This document shows, piece by piece, positions 17,858 to 28,103 of a stretch of DNA of 64,000 bases; position 1 is the stretch's first letter, and every line of letters starts with the position of its first letter. Source of the stretch: Woeseiaceae bacterium (GTDB taxonomy: Bacteria > Pseudomonadota > Gammaproteobacteria > Steroidobacterales > Woeseiaceae); the NCBI GenBank assembly GCA_035304345.1, contig DATGQE010000066.1:60344-124343 (forward strand), in the 5' to 3' direction. The notes under the pieces are model-generated. The model was not told the DNA's origin and made no database searches. It saw only the letters and a list, made by a program, of their open reading frames with translations. The position numbers were made by a program, and so were the translations under genes.

Positions 17858-18217
17858 TCAGCGCTCCCGGGCCGCGGTTTCGGCAGAGCCCGGGGCCTGG
17901 ATGAAACCCGCCCAGCGCTCGCCGCGCGTGAGCAGGTTGTCGACCTCGGTCACCCTCGCGATGGCCTTGATCCGCTCGGGGATGTCGGTGAAGCTGATCT
18001 CCCGCACCGTGTGGTTGGCCCAGGTGATCCATTCGAGCAGCAGGGCCAGGCCGGCGGAGTCGGCCTCCGTCACCCCGGCCAGCGACACCTCGATCCGGGT
18101 GTGCTCGGAGAACGGCTCCTCGCTCTGGCGCAGGATCTCCGTGACGGTGTCGAACGTCATCCTGCCCTTGAGCGAGAACTTTCCTCCGCCCTCGTCTACG
18201 AGCTCGAAGTCGCTCAT
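17858..18217 (-). CDS. mlaB: STAS-domain protein MlaB
   Basis: 119-aa product with a STAS-like sequence (VSLAGVTEADSAGLALLLEW). Its start overlaps the mlaC stop by 1 nt. It is the last gene of the mlaFEDCB operon. Confidence 0.8.
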   Translation of the reverse strand: MSDFELVDEGGGKFSLKGRMTFDTVTEILRQSEEPFSEHTRIEVSLAGVTEADSAGLALLLEWITWANHTVREISFTDIPERIKAIARVTEVDNLLTRGERWAGFIQAPGSAETAARER

Positions 18218-18864
18218 CAGGCGCCCGTATCCCTCCCGGCCTCTCCCGGGGTGATCTCCGGCTCCTCGCCGGCAGGTGCGCGCGCCTCGCGCTCCAGGCG
18301 CTGGATCACCGCATCGAGGCTGGTGGCCTGGATCTCGTTGTTGAACTCGGTGCGGAAGCGGCGCACGTACGAGATGCCCTCGATGCGGACGTCGAAGACC
18401 TTCCACTCCGAATCGCGGCGAATCAGCGCGTAGTCGACCGGCACGGACGTGCCGTCATCCAGCCTGACCGTGGTGCGCACCATGGTGCGCTCCTCCGACT
18501 CGTCGCCGCGGTATGGCAGGATCCGGAGCTGGCTCATGTCGAACTCGAGCACGCCCTCGGCGTACTTGCGCAGCATCGCGCGATAGAACGCCTCGATGAA
18601 CCGCTGCCGTTGTTCCTCGCTGGCGGAGCGCCAGTGGCGGCCGAGGACGAGCTGGGCCGCGTACCGCCGGTCGAAGCGCGGCAGCAGGATCTCGTCGATC
18701 AGGTCGTAGAGCGCCTGCCGGTTGGACGCAAGCTCCTCCTTGCGGCCCTCCAGTTGCTGGTCGAGAAGCTCCGCCGTCTGCTGGACGAACTCGTTCGGCG
18801 ACTGCGCCAGTGCCGGCATGGCGGCGAAGGCCAGCACGGCCGCCAGCCACCATTTCCCGCTCAT
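18217..18864 (-). CDS. mlaC: Periplasmic phospholipid-binding protein MlaC (Ttg2D)
   Basis: Has a signal peptide (MSGKWWLAAVLAFAAMPALAQS) and Tol-resistance Ttg2D-like motifs (LLPRFD, RHW). Alternative in-frame starts at 18894 and 18915 are created by a 21-nt duplication. Confidence 0.85.
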   Translation of the reverse strand: MSGKWWLAAVLAFAAMPALAQSPNEFVQQTAELLDQQLEGRKEELASNRQALYDLIDEILLPRFDRRYAAQLVLGRHWRSASEEQRQRFIEAFYRAMLRKYAEGVLEFDMSQLRILPYRGDESEERTMVRTTVRLDDGTSVPVDYALIRRDSEWKVFDVRIEGISYVRRFRTEFNNEIQATSLDAVIQRLEREARAPAGEEPEITPGEAGRDTGA

Positions 18865-18890
18865 GCCCGGGCTCCGCTCGTCGCCCCTCG

Positions 18891-18932
18891 TCATTGCGCC
18901 TCTCCTTCGGATCATTGCGCTTCTCCTTCGGA
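18891..18932. repeat. Tandem direct duplication, 2 x 21 nt with one mismatch, at the mlaD stop / mlaC start
   Basis: tcattgcgcCtctccttcgga (18891-18911) is followed directly by tcattgcgcTtctccttcgga (18912-18932). Confidence 0.95.
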
Positions 18933-19385
18933 GCCGCTCTGGAAGAGGTACTTGCTGATCAGGTTCTCGAGCACCACTGCGGACTGCGTGAACTCGATCT
19001 CGCTGCCGTCCTTCAGGTAGGTGTCGGAGCCGCCGGGTTGAATCCCGATGTACTGGCTGCCGAGGAGCCCCGAGGTCAGGATCGCGGCATCGGAGTCGTC
19101 CGGAATCTGGTCGTAGCGAGCGTCGATGACGAAGGTGACTTCCGCGTCCAGCCGCTCCGGGTCGAGCTGGATGGCGGTGACCCGGCCGATCGTCACGCCG
19201 GACATGGAGACGGGGGCACGGATCTTGAGGTTGCCGACGTTCTGGAAATGCGCCGTGACCCGGAAGGTCTCACGGGCAGAGAAATTCTCCGACCCGGTCG
19301 TCTGCGTCGTAAGAAAGAACAGCGCGGCGAGCCCCAACAGCACGAACAGGCCGGTACCGATTTCGATGGAACGCGTTTGCTGCAT
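18912..19385 (-). CDS. mlaD: MCE-domain protein MlaD
   Basis: 157-aa product with an N-terminal TM (IEIGTGLFVLLGLAALFFL) and an MCE domain (GVTIGRVTAIQLD). Confidence 0.9.
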   Translation of the reverse strand: MQQTRSIEIGTGLFVLLGLAALFFLTTQTTGSENFSARETFRVTAHFQNVGNLKIRAPVSMSGVTIGRVTAIQLDPERLDAEVTFVIDARYDQIPDDSDAAILTSGLLGSQYIGIQPGGSDTYLKDGSEIEFTQSAVVLENLISKYLFQSGSEGEAQ

Positions 19386-19394
19386 GTCGCATCC

Positions 19395-20159
19395 TCAGAT
19401 GACGACGGCCGTGATCATGAAGTCGAATATCAGCACAGCGATCGCCGTTTCCACCACGGTCCGGGTGCTCGCCCTGCCGACGCCTTCGGCCGTCGGTATC
19501 GAATTATATCCTTCCCACACCGCAAGCAGGCTTGCGATCACGCCGAACACCACGCTCTTGATAATGCCCTCGTAGACGTCCGACATGTCGAGACCCGAAT
19601 GGACCTGCTGCCAGAACGCGCCCGCGTCCACTCCCATCAGGTTCACCGCCACGACGTGCGCCCCGAACAGGCCGACGACGTTGAACACGGCGGTGAGCAT
19701 CGGCATCGAGATCACGCCGCCCAGGAAGCGCGGCACGATCACCCGCCGCATAGGGCTGATGGCCATCATCTCCATCGCCGCGAGCTGGTCGGTCGCCTTC
19801 ATGAGACCGATTTCGGAGCTCAGCGCGGTTCCGGCGCGACCCGCGAACAGCAGCGCCGTGATCACGGGCCCGAGCTCCTTTAGAAGCGAGAATGCCGCGA
19901 ACGTTCCGACCGAGTCTTCGGCATTGAAGCGCGCGAGATTCGAGTAACCCTGGAGCCCGAGCACGCCGCCCACGAAGAGCCCGCAGACCATGATGATCAC
20001 GAGCGACAGCGCGCCCGCGTTGTGTACCTGGTGCGCCACCAGGCCGAAGCGCTTGACGAACACTCCCGGCGAGTTCTGCAGGACGCGCAGGAAAAAGAGC
20101 TGCAGCGCGCCCAGCGTGCGCAGGAACGACACGAAGATCACGTAGAGCTCACGCAGCAT
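19395..20159 (-). CDS. mlaE: ABC transporter permease MlaE
   Basis: 254-aa multi-TM protein. GPVITALLFAGRAGTALSSEIGLMKATDQLAAMEMM is characteristic of MlaE. Confidence 0.9.
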   Translation of the reverse strand: MLRELYVIFVSFLRTLGALQLFFLRVLQNSPGVFVKRFGLVAHQVHNAGALSLVIIMVCGLFVGGVLGLQGYSNLARFNAEDSVGTFAAFSLLKELGPVITALLFAGRAGTALSSEIGLMKATDQLAAMEMMAISPMRRVIVPRFLGGVISMPMLTAVFNVVGLFGAHVVAVNLMGVDAGAFWQQVHSGLDMSDVYEGIIKSVVFGVIASLLAVWEGYNSIPTAEGVGRASTRTVVETAIAVLIFDFMITAVVI

Positions 20160-20204
20160 GCGTCATCCCGCGCCGGTCCCGCCGACCGGCGCCTCCCCCA
20201 GGGT

Positions 20205-21020
20205 TCACTCGGCGTCCCGCCCGAGCAGCTGCTCGGCATAGTCCGGGGCCGCGTAGTGGAACGCCACCGGCCCGTCCGCCATGCCGTGCATGAACTGCCG
20301 CACGACCTCCGACGACGTGTTGTGCAGCTCGTCCGGGCTACCCGATCCGACCACGCGGCCGTGCGAGATCAGGTAGGTGCAATCGGCCACGGTCGAGATC
20401 TCCTGCACGTCATGACTCACGATGATGCTCGAAATCCCGAGCGCGTCGTTCATCTTGCGGACGAGCCGCACGATGACGCCCATGGAGATCGGATCGAGCC
20501 CGACGAAGGGCTCGTCGTAGATCAGGATTTCCGGATCCATGACCATGGCACGCGCCAGCGCCACCCGCCTTTCCATGCCGCCCGACAACTCACGCGGCAT
20601 CATGTCCGCCGCACCGCGCAGCCCGACGGCATGCAGCTTCGTCAGCACGATGTGACGGATGAGCCGCGGCGGCAGGTCGGTGTGCTCCCGCAAGGGCAGC
20701 GCGACGTTCTCGAACACGTTGTAGTCCGTGAGCAGCGCGCCGTTCTGGAACAGCATGCCCATGCGCTTGCGCAGCTCGTAGAGCTCGCGCTGCGACAGCT
20801 CCGCGATGTTCCTGCCGTCGACGATCACCTCGCCGCGATCGGGGATGGCCTGGCGCGTGATGAGCTTGAGCAGCGTCGTCTTGCCGGTGCCGCTCGGACC
20901 CATGATGGCCGTGATCTTCCCGCGCGGGATCTCGATATTCAGGCCCTTGAATATCTGGCGCGAGCCGATCGAATAGTCGACATCGCGGATCTCGACGATG
21001 TTGTCGCTGCTGTCGCTCAT
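20205..21020 (-). CDS. mlaF: ABC transporter ATP-binding protein MlaF
   Basis: Has Walker A (GPSGTGKTT), the signature LSGGM and Walker B (LIYDEP). It heads the mla operon. Confidence 0.9.
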   Translation of the reverse strand: MSDSSDNIVEIRDVDYSIGSRQIFKGLNIEIPRGKITAIMGPSGTGKTTLLKLITRQAIPDRGEVIVDGRNIAELSQRELYELRKRMGMLFQNGALLTDYNVFENVALPLREHTDLPPRLIRHIVLTKLHAVGLRGAADMMPRELSGGMERRVALARAMVMDPEILIYDEPFVGLDPISMGVIVRLVRKMNDALGISSIIVSHDVQEISTVADCTYLISHGRVVGSGSPDELHNTSSEVVRQFMHGMADGPVAFHYAAPDYAEQLLGRDAE

Positions 21021-21086
21021 GTGCGCGTGCGCAGGAGGCCCGCCGAGCCGGGTGGCCCGCCGCGGGCTCCTGCCGGCGAGGCCGGG

Positions 21087-22106
21087 CTAGGCCGCATTCT
21101 CCATCGCGGTCTCGTACTGGCCGAGATGCGCGAGGCTGTTCAGCTTGGCCCGCTTGAAGAGCGCATCCTGGCCGGCCTTGACCTGCTCCGGCCGCCCGCG
21201 CCACGCCTCCAGGGACGGCGCCTGCAGCGCACGGCCGTACGAGAACGACAGCTCCCAGGGCAGCGGGCCCATGCGGTTCATGATCGCCAGGTGCTCGGTC
21301 GCTTCCTCCGGGGACTGCCCACCGGACAGGAACGCGATGCCCGGGACCTCCGCCGGGACCTCGGCCTTCAGCACCCGCAGCGTGGCCTCGGCGACCTCCT
21401 CCGGCCCCGCCCGTTCCGGCGCCTCGCTGCCGGAGATCACCATGTTCGGCTTGAGCACGATGCCCGGCAGCTCGACCCGGTGGGCCTTCAGCGCCTCGAA
21501 CACCAGCCGCAGGGTCCGGCTCGTCACCTCCTCGCAGCGCTGGATGCTGTGGGCGCCGTCCATCAGCACCTCGGGCTCGACGATCGGGACGATGTTGGCC
21601 TCCTGGGAGAGTGCCGCGTACCGGGCGAGCGCGTGCGCGTTCGCCTGCAGGCAGAAGTCGGTGGGAATGCCGTCACCGATGTTGATGACCGCCCGCCACT
21701 TGGCGAACTTCGCGCCGAGCTCGCGGTACTCCCGGAAGCGGTCCCGCAGGCCGTCCAGCCCTTCCGTGACCAGCTCGCCGGGGTACAGGGCCAGCGGCTT
21801 CGCCCCCTTGTCCACCTTGATGCCGGCGATCATGCCGCGCTCGTTCAGGTACTGCGCGAACGGCACGCCGTCCGAGGTGCTCTGCCGGATCGTCTCGTCG
21901 AACAGGATGACGCCGCCGATGTAGTCGGCGAGCCCGGGGGTCGTGAACAGCATTTCGCGGTAGGCGCGGCGGTTCTCCTCCGTGGACTCCAGGGAGATGG
22001 TGTCGAACCGCTTCTTGATCGTCGGCGCGCTTTCGTCGGCGGCCAGGATGCCCTTGCCGTTGCCTACCATGGCCTTCGCTACCGCGTTCAGTTCGTTCAC
22101 GTTCAT
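21087..22106 (-). CDS. fba: Fructose-bisphosphate aldolase, class I
   Basis: GKGILAADES, IAGIKVDKG and LKPNMV (Schiff-base Lys region) are class I motifs. ATG at 22106 has GGAGG 8 nt upstream. The track's earlier ATG (22121) lies inside that SD. Confidence 0.9.
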   Translation of the reverse strand: MNVNELNAVAKAMVGNGKGILAADESAPTIKKRFDTISLESTEENRRAYREMLFTTPGLADYIGGVILFDETIRQSTSDGVPFAQYLNERGMIAGIKVDKGAKPLALYPGELVTEGLDGLRDRFREYRELGAKFAKWRAVINIGDGIPTDFCLQANAHALARYAALSQEANIVPIVEPEVLMDGAHSIQRCEEVTSRTLRLVFEALKAHRVELPGIVLKPNMVISGSEAPERAGPEEVAEATLRVLKAEVPAEVPGIAFLSGGQSPEEATEHLAIMNRMGPLPWELSFSYGRALQAPSLEAWRGRPEQVKAGQDALFKRAKLNSLAHLGQYETAMENAA

Positions 22107-22288
22107 CAGAACAGCCTCCAAAGTGCGTTCCCTGGTTGGTTCGCCGGCGTCCCCGAGGCCGGCCGGGCTCGAGCCGGTGGGACAGCGGTTCGTCGGAACG
22201 CGGTAGGATAGCAGACTTCCCGTATTTTCCGCCGCCCCTCGAAGCCCTCCCCCGGGACGCTCGCGACCGTTGGCTTCGGCTCCAATCA

Positions 22289-22303
22289 GGACTAAAATAG
22301 TCC
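22289..22303. promoter_or_regulatory. Perfect inverted repeat GGACTA-AAA-TAGTCC, candidate Rrf2/IscR-type operator of the suf operon
   Basis: The 15-bp palindrome lies 8 nt upstream of the SD (AGGAGAGG) of the Rrf2 regulator gene. Its core GACTA-AAA-TAGTC fits my recollection of the E. coli IscR type-1 consensus core GACTR-www-YAGTC. Confidence 0.45.
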
Positions 22304-22324
22304 CCTTTGAAGGAGAGGCAGCCG

Positions 22325-22786
22325 GTGCTGCGCATCAGCAAACTGACCGACTACGGGACCGTGGTACTCGCGGAGCTCGCGCGGGCCGAGTCGGGGCTCG
22401 TGAGCGCCGCGGACATCGCGGGCGCGACCGGCCTCGGGCTGCCCACCGTGAGCAAGTTGCTCAAGATGCTGGCCCGCGCGGGGCTGGTGAGCTCCGTGCG
22501 CGGGCCGCGCGGCGGCTACCGGCTCGCCCGCGAGCCCGGGAAGATCACGGCGGCGGCGGTGATCGACGCGCTCGAAGGACCGGTGTCGATCACGGAATGC
22601 AGCGCGCACGGCAGCCGCTGCGACATCGAGGCCTCCTGCCGCGTCGGCATTTCCTGGCAGCGGATCAACCTCGCGATCAGGAGCGCGCTCGACGAGATCA
22701 GCCTGGCCGACCTGCTGCGTGCCGAGAGTCCCCCGCCCCGCTTCCGGTTCGCGAACACCCGCATCACCGTGGAGCGCAAGAGATAG
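22325..22786 (+). CDS. Rrf2-family SUF system Fe-S cluster assembly regulator
   Basis: GTG at 22325, 6 nt after AGGAGAGG. It has an Rrf2 wHTH ([18 protein letters not shown]) and three clustered Cys (C-x6-C-x5-C) for an Fe-S ligand set. It sits directly upstream of sufB. Confidence 0.85.
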   Translation: MLRISKLTDYGTVVLAELARAESGLVSAADIAGATGLGLPTVSKLLKMLARAGLVSSVRGPRGGYRLAREPGKITAAAVIDALEGPVSITECSAHGSRCDIEASCRVGISWQRINLAIRSALDEISLADLLRAESPPPRFRFANTRITVERKR

Positions 22787-22791
22787 AGACC

Positions 22792-24240
22792 ATGTCGACG
22801 ACGACCAAGGACATCGAGAGCCTCGTCAACCGGCGGTACAAGCACGGCTTCGTCACCGACATCGCGTCGGACAGCCTGCCGCCCGGCCTCGACGAGGGCG
22901 TGATCCGCGCGATCGCCGAGCGCAAGAACGAGCCCCCGTTCATGCTCGAATGGCGGCTGAAGGCGTTCCGCCACTGGCTGACCATGCAGGAGCCGACCTG
23001 GGCGCACGTGCGCTACCCGAAGATCGACTACCAGGCGATCTCGTACTACTCGGCGCCGAAGGCGGATGCCGACCGCCCGAAGAGCCTCGACGAGGTGGAC
23101 CCCAAGCTGCTCGAGACCTACGAGAAGCTCGGCATCCCGCTGCACGAGCGCGCGAAGCTCGCCGGTGTCGCGGTCGACGCCGTGTTCGACAGCGTCTCGG
23201 TCGCGACCACGTTCAGGGAGAAGCTCAAGGAAGCGGGAGTCATTTTCTGCTCGTTTTCCGACGCCGTCCGCGACCACCCCGAGCTCGTGCGGAAGTATCT
23301 CGGCACGGTCGTGCCCTACCGTGACAATTTCTTCGCCACGCTGAACTCGGCCGTTTTCAGCGACGGCTCTTTCGTCTACGTCCCGAAGGGCGTGCGCTGC
23401 CCGATGGAGCTTTCGACCTATTTCCGCATCAACGCGGCGAACACGGGGCAGTTCGAGCGGACACTGATCATCGCGGACGAGGGCAGCTACGTGTCCTACC
23501 TCGAGGGGTGCACGGCCCCGATGCGCGACGAGAACCAGCTCCACGCGGCGGTCGTCGAGCTCGTGGCGCTCGAGGGCGCGGAGATCAAGTACTCGACGGT
23601 GCAGAACTGGTACCCGGGCGACGAGGAGGGTCGCGGCGGCATCTACAACTTCGTGACGAAGCGCGGCGACTGCCGCGGCGCGAACTCGAAGATCTCCTGG
23701 ACCCAGGTCGAGACCGGCTCGGCGATCACGTGGAAGTACCCGAGCTGCATCCTGCGGGGCGAGAACTCGGTCGGCGAGTTCTATTCCGTGGCCGTGGCGA
23801 ACAATTACCAGCAGGCGGACACGGGCACCAAGATGATCCACATCGGGAAGAACACCCGCAGCACGATCGTCTCCAAGGGCATCGCCGCGGGCAAGGCGCA
23901 GCAGGCCTATCGGGGGCTCGTGCGCATCATGCCGCAGGCCGCCAACGCGCGTAACCACACGCAGTGCGACTCGCTGCTCATCGGCAAGGAATGCGGCGCC
24001 CACACGTTCCCGTACGTCGAAGCGCGCAACCCGACGGCGCAGGTCGAGCACGAGGCGACGACCTCGAAGATCTCCGAGGACCAGCTCTTCTACTGCCGCC
24101 AGCGCGGCCTGTCCGAGGAGGATGCGGTCAACATGATCGTGAACGGCTTCTGCAAGGAGGTGTTCAGGGAGCTGCCGATGGAATTCGCGGTGGAGGCGCA
24201 GAACCTGCTGAACGTGAGCCTGGAAGGCGCGGTGGGCTGA
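22792..24240 (+). CDS. sufB: Fe-S cluster assembly scaffold SufB
   Basis: ATG at 22792. The sequence is typical SufB ([47 protein letters not shown]). Confidence 0.95.
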   Translation: MSTTTKDIESLVNRRYKHGFVTDIASDSLPPGLDEGVIRAIAERKNEPPFMLEWRLKAFRHWLTMQEPTWAHVRYPKIDYQAISYYSAPKADADRPKSLDEVDPKLLETYEKLGIPLHERAKLAGVAVDAVFDSVSVATTFREKLKEAGVIFCSFSDAVRDHPELVRKYLGTVVPYRDNFFATLNSAVFSDGSFVYVPKGVRCPMELSTYFRINAANTGQFERTLIIADEGSYVSYLEGCTAPMRDENQLHAAVVELVALEGAEIKYSTVQNWYPGDEEGRGGIYNFVTKRGDCRGANSKISWTQVETGSAITWKYPSCILRGENSVGEFYSVAVANNYQQADTGTKMIHIGKNTRSTIVSKGIAAGKAQQAYRGLVRIMPQAANARNHTQCDSLLIGKECGAHTFPYVEARNPTAQVEHEATTSKISEDQLFYCRQRGLSEEDAVNMIVNGFCKEVFRELPMEFAVEAQNLLNVSLEGAVG

Positions 24241-24254
24241 TGGGCGGAGCGAAC

Positions 24255-25012
<758 letters not shown>

Positions 25013-25016
<4 letters not shown>

Positions 25017-26377
25017 AGCGGACGGCGATCGACACCGGCCTGCTCGAGGAGGTCGTCGGCGGGCTGCCGCGGGACGCGTTCACGGCCTCCCGCGAGGCCG
25101 CCCTCGCCCGCTTCCGCGAGCGCGGCTTCCCGACGACCCGCGAGGAGGACTGGAAGTACACCAATCTCGCGCCCGTCGTGGAGGTAAGCAACCGCTGGCT
25201 GCGGCAGGCCGCCGCGGGCGAGCTTCCGCCGCCCGCGCTGTCGCCCGCGGGCCGGGAGCGGGCCGAAGCCGTCATGCGCGGCATCGACGCGCACTGGATC
25301 GTGATCGGGAACGGGATCGTCGAGCGTGACTCGCTGGCGCCGCTGGCCGGGCTGCCGGGCGTCGCTGCCGCGGCCTCGCCTGCCGCCCCCGAGCCGGCGC
25401 TCGCCGGCTCGGCGCTGCCCGCCGGCGACGCGCTGTCGCTGTTCAACACCGCCCTGCTCCGCGAGGCGCTCGCGATCCGGCTCGCGCCCGGCACGGTGCT
25501 CGAGAAGCCGCTCGGCCTGCTCGTCGTGGACGACGCACCGCACGGCCAGTCCCTCAGCCTGCCGCGCATCACCGTCGAGGCAGGCGCGAACGCCCGCGCG
25601 TCGGTCGTCGAGGTGCACGTGTCCGCCGGCGCGCACGAGCAGTTCGCGAACGCGCTCGTGGACGTGGTCGTCGCAGCGGGCGGCGCGCTGCGCTGGCTCA
25701 GGCTGCAGCAGCGCGCGCTCGGGCACTACCAGGTCGGGCGCCTGCGCGTGCGGCTGGCGCGCGATGCGAGCTTCGAGCACGCGGGTATCGATCTCGGCGG
25801 AGGGCTGGTGAGGAACGACGTCGCCGTGGAGATCGGGGAGCCCGGCGCGGCCGTGTCGCTGCACGGGCTCTACCTTGCTGGCGGCCGGCAGCACGTCGAC
25901 AACCACACGCGCGTGGATCATCTGGTCGGCCCGGCACGCAGCACGGAAGAATACCGCGGCATCCTGACCGATCGTGCGCGGGGCGTGTTCAACGGCAAGG
26001 CCGTCGTCCACCCGGGTGCCGACGGCACCGATGCCCGGCAGGCGAATCACAACCTGCTCCTGTCCGCGGAGGCCGAGGTCGACACCAAGCCCGAGCTCGA
26101 GATCTACGCCGACGAGGTCAAATGCAGCCACGGCGCGACCGTCGGGCAGCTCGATGAGAACGCTCTGTTCTATCTCCGCACGCGCGGCCTCTCCCACCAC
26201 GAGGCGGTGCAGGCGCTGACCCTGGCGTTCGCCAGGGTCGTCGTGTCGCACTGCCCGGTGGCGGAAGCCTGCGCGCACCTGGAACGCGCCGTCGAGGCGC
26301 GCCTGGAGGAGCTGGCCGTCGCCGTGCCTGCGGAACGGGTCCCCGACGGCAGCGCCACGGCAGGAGCACGCCCGTGA
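25013..26377 (+). CDS. sufD: Fe-S cluster assembly protein SufD
   Basis: The ATG overlaps the sufC stop (ATGA). The C-terminal SufBD fold is present (PELEIYADEVKCSHGATVGQLDENALFYLRTRG). Confidence 0.9.
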
Positions 26378-27630
26378 GCACCGCTCCCGGCGAGCTCGCA
26401 ACCCGGCAGGCCGCGACCGACTTCGCCCGCCTGCGCGGCGAGTTCCCGGCGCTGGCCCAGCAGGTCAACGGCCGCCGCCTCGTCTACCTCGACAGCGCGG
26501 CTTCCGCGCAGCAGCCCTTCGCGGTGATCGAAGCGGTCGCCGAATACCAGCGCCACGACCACGCCAACGTGCACCGCGGCGTGCACACGCTGAGCCACCG
26601 GGCGACGGAAGCCTACGAAGGCGCCCGCGACGCCCTCGCGCGCTTCATCAATGCGGGCAGCCGCCGCGAGGTGATCTTCACGACCGGCACGACCGGCGGC
26701 ATCAACCTGGTCGCGCAGAGCTGGGCGAGGCCGCGCCTCGGGCCCGGGGACGCGATCCTCATCACCCACCTCGAGCATCATTCGAACATCGTGCCGTGGC
26801 AGCTCGTGTGCGAGCAGACCGGTGCGAAGCTCGAGGTCTGCCCCATCGACGACAGCGGGGCCGTCGATGCCGGCACGCTGGTTTCCATGCTGCACGAGCG
26901 GACCAGGCTCGTCGCCGTCGCACACGTGTCGAACGCGCTCGGCACGGTCCTGCCGCTCGAGCCCATCATTGCGGCGGCGCACCGCCACGGCATCCCCGTG
27001 CTGGTGGACGGCGCGCAGGCGGCACCGCACCTGCCCGTCGACGTGCGCGCGCTGGATTGCGACTTCTATGCCCTCTCCGGGCACAAGATGTTCGGCCCGA
27101 CCGGGATCGGCGTGCTGTACGCGAAGGAAGCGCTGCTGGAGTCGATGCCGCCGTACCAGGGCGGCGGCGACATGATCCTCGAGGTGCGCTTCGACGGCAC
27201 GACGTACAACGAGCTGCCGTACAAGTTCGAGGCCGGCACGCCCAACATCGCCGGCGCGATCGGGCTCGGCGCGGCCGCCGAGTGGTTGCTGAACGTCGGG
27301 ATGGAGCGCATCGCGGCGCACGAGCACGAGCTGCTCGAATACCTCGTCGCCCGCCTCGGCGAGATCGACGGGATGCGGCTCGTCGGCACGGCGCCCGTGA
27401 AGGCGGGCGTACAATCCTTCCTCCTGGACGACATCCACCCGCACGATCTCGGTACGATCCTCGACCACGAAGGAGTGGCGATCCGTACCGGGCACCATTG
27501 CGCCATGCCGGTCATGGAGCGGTTCGGCATCCCGGGCACGGCGCGGGCTTCGCTCGCCGTCTACAACGAGCGCGAGGACGTGGATCGCCTCGTCGCCGCG
27601 CTTTGGAAAGCAAAGGAAGTGTTTTCGTGA
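26374..27630 (+). CDS. sufS: Cysteine desulfurase SufS (group II)
   Basis: The GTG overlaps the sufD stop (GTGA). HANVHRGVH, the PLP Lys region SGHKM and the active-site RTGHHCA are present. Confidence 0.93.
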   Translation: MSTAPGELATRQAATDFARLRGEFPALAQQVNGRRLVYLDSAASAQQPFAVIEAVAEYQRHDHANVHRGVHTLSHRATEAYEGARDALARFINAGSRREVIFTTGTTGGINLVAQSWARPRLGPGDAILITHLEHHSNIVPWQLVCEQTGAKLEVCPIDDSGAVDAGTLVSMLHERTRLVAVAHVSNALGTVLPLEPIIAAAHRHGIPVLVDGAQAAPHLPVDVRALDCDFYALSGHKMFGPTGIGVLYAKEALLESMPPYQGGGDMILEVRFDGTTYNELPYKFEAGTPNIAGAIGLGAAAEWLLNVGMERIAAHEHELLEYLVARLGEIDGMRLVGTAPVKAGVQSFLLDDIHPHDLGTILDHEGVAIRTGHHCAMPVMERFGIPGTARASLAVYNEREDVDRLVAALWKAKEVFS

Positions 27631-28100
27631 GCCGCCTGTCGGACGATCTGCGCGAGCTGTACCGCGAGCTGATCCTCGATCACGCCCGCAACCCGCGGCA
27701 TTTCGGCTGCATCGAGGGAGCGACGCACAGCGCCGAAGGCATCAACCCGCTGTGCGGCGACAAGCTCAGGATGTACTTCCGCGTGGACGAGAACGGACGC
27801 ATCGAGGACGCGCGCTTCGAGGGCTCGGGCTGCGCCATCTCCGTGGCCTCCGCCTCGCTGCTCACCGACACGGTGATCGGCCAGACGACCGAGCGCGCCC
27901 TCGCCTACTTCGCCGCGATGGTGCGCCGCCTCGCGAGCCGCGGTGAGCCCGCCGAGTCGGAAGCCGGCCTCGACCTCGGCAAGCTGGAGGCGCTCGAGGG
28001 CGTCAAGGAATTCCCGACCCGCGTCAAGTGCGCCACGCTGGCGTGGCACGCACTGGATTCCGCGCTGAACGGCCGCGGCAGCACGGTGTCGACGGAGTAA
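27627..28100 (+). CDS. sufU: SufU-type (NifU/IscU-like) sulfur acceptor
   Basis: The GTG overlaps the sufS stop (GTGA), with AAGGAAG upstream. It has the three conserved Cys contexts (NPLCGD, GSGCAIS, RVKCATL) and a SufU-type insertion before the last Cys. Confidence 0.85.
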   Translation: MSRLSDDLRELYRELILDHARNPRHFGCIEGATHSAEGINPLCGDKLRMYFRVDENGRIEDARFEGSGCAISVASASLLTDTVIGQTTERALAYFAAMVRRLASRGEPAESEAGLDLGKLEALEGVKEFPTRVKCATLAWHALDSALNGRGSTVSTE

Positions 28101-28103
28101 GCC

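Noticed and set aside
21031-21073. A long imperfect hairpin (gcaggag.cccgc ... gcggg.ctcctgc) between fba and mlaF as an intrinsic terminator. A similar hairpin lies at 36280-36299 between tdh and sppA.
   Set aside because: Both are GC-rich stems without a U tract in either orientation. In DNA of this composition such stems arise frequently, so I did not list them as terminators.
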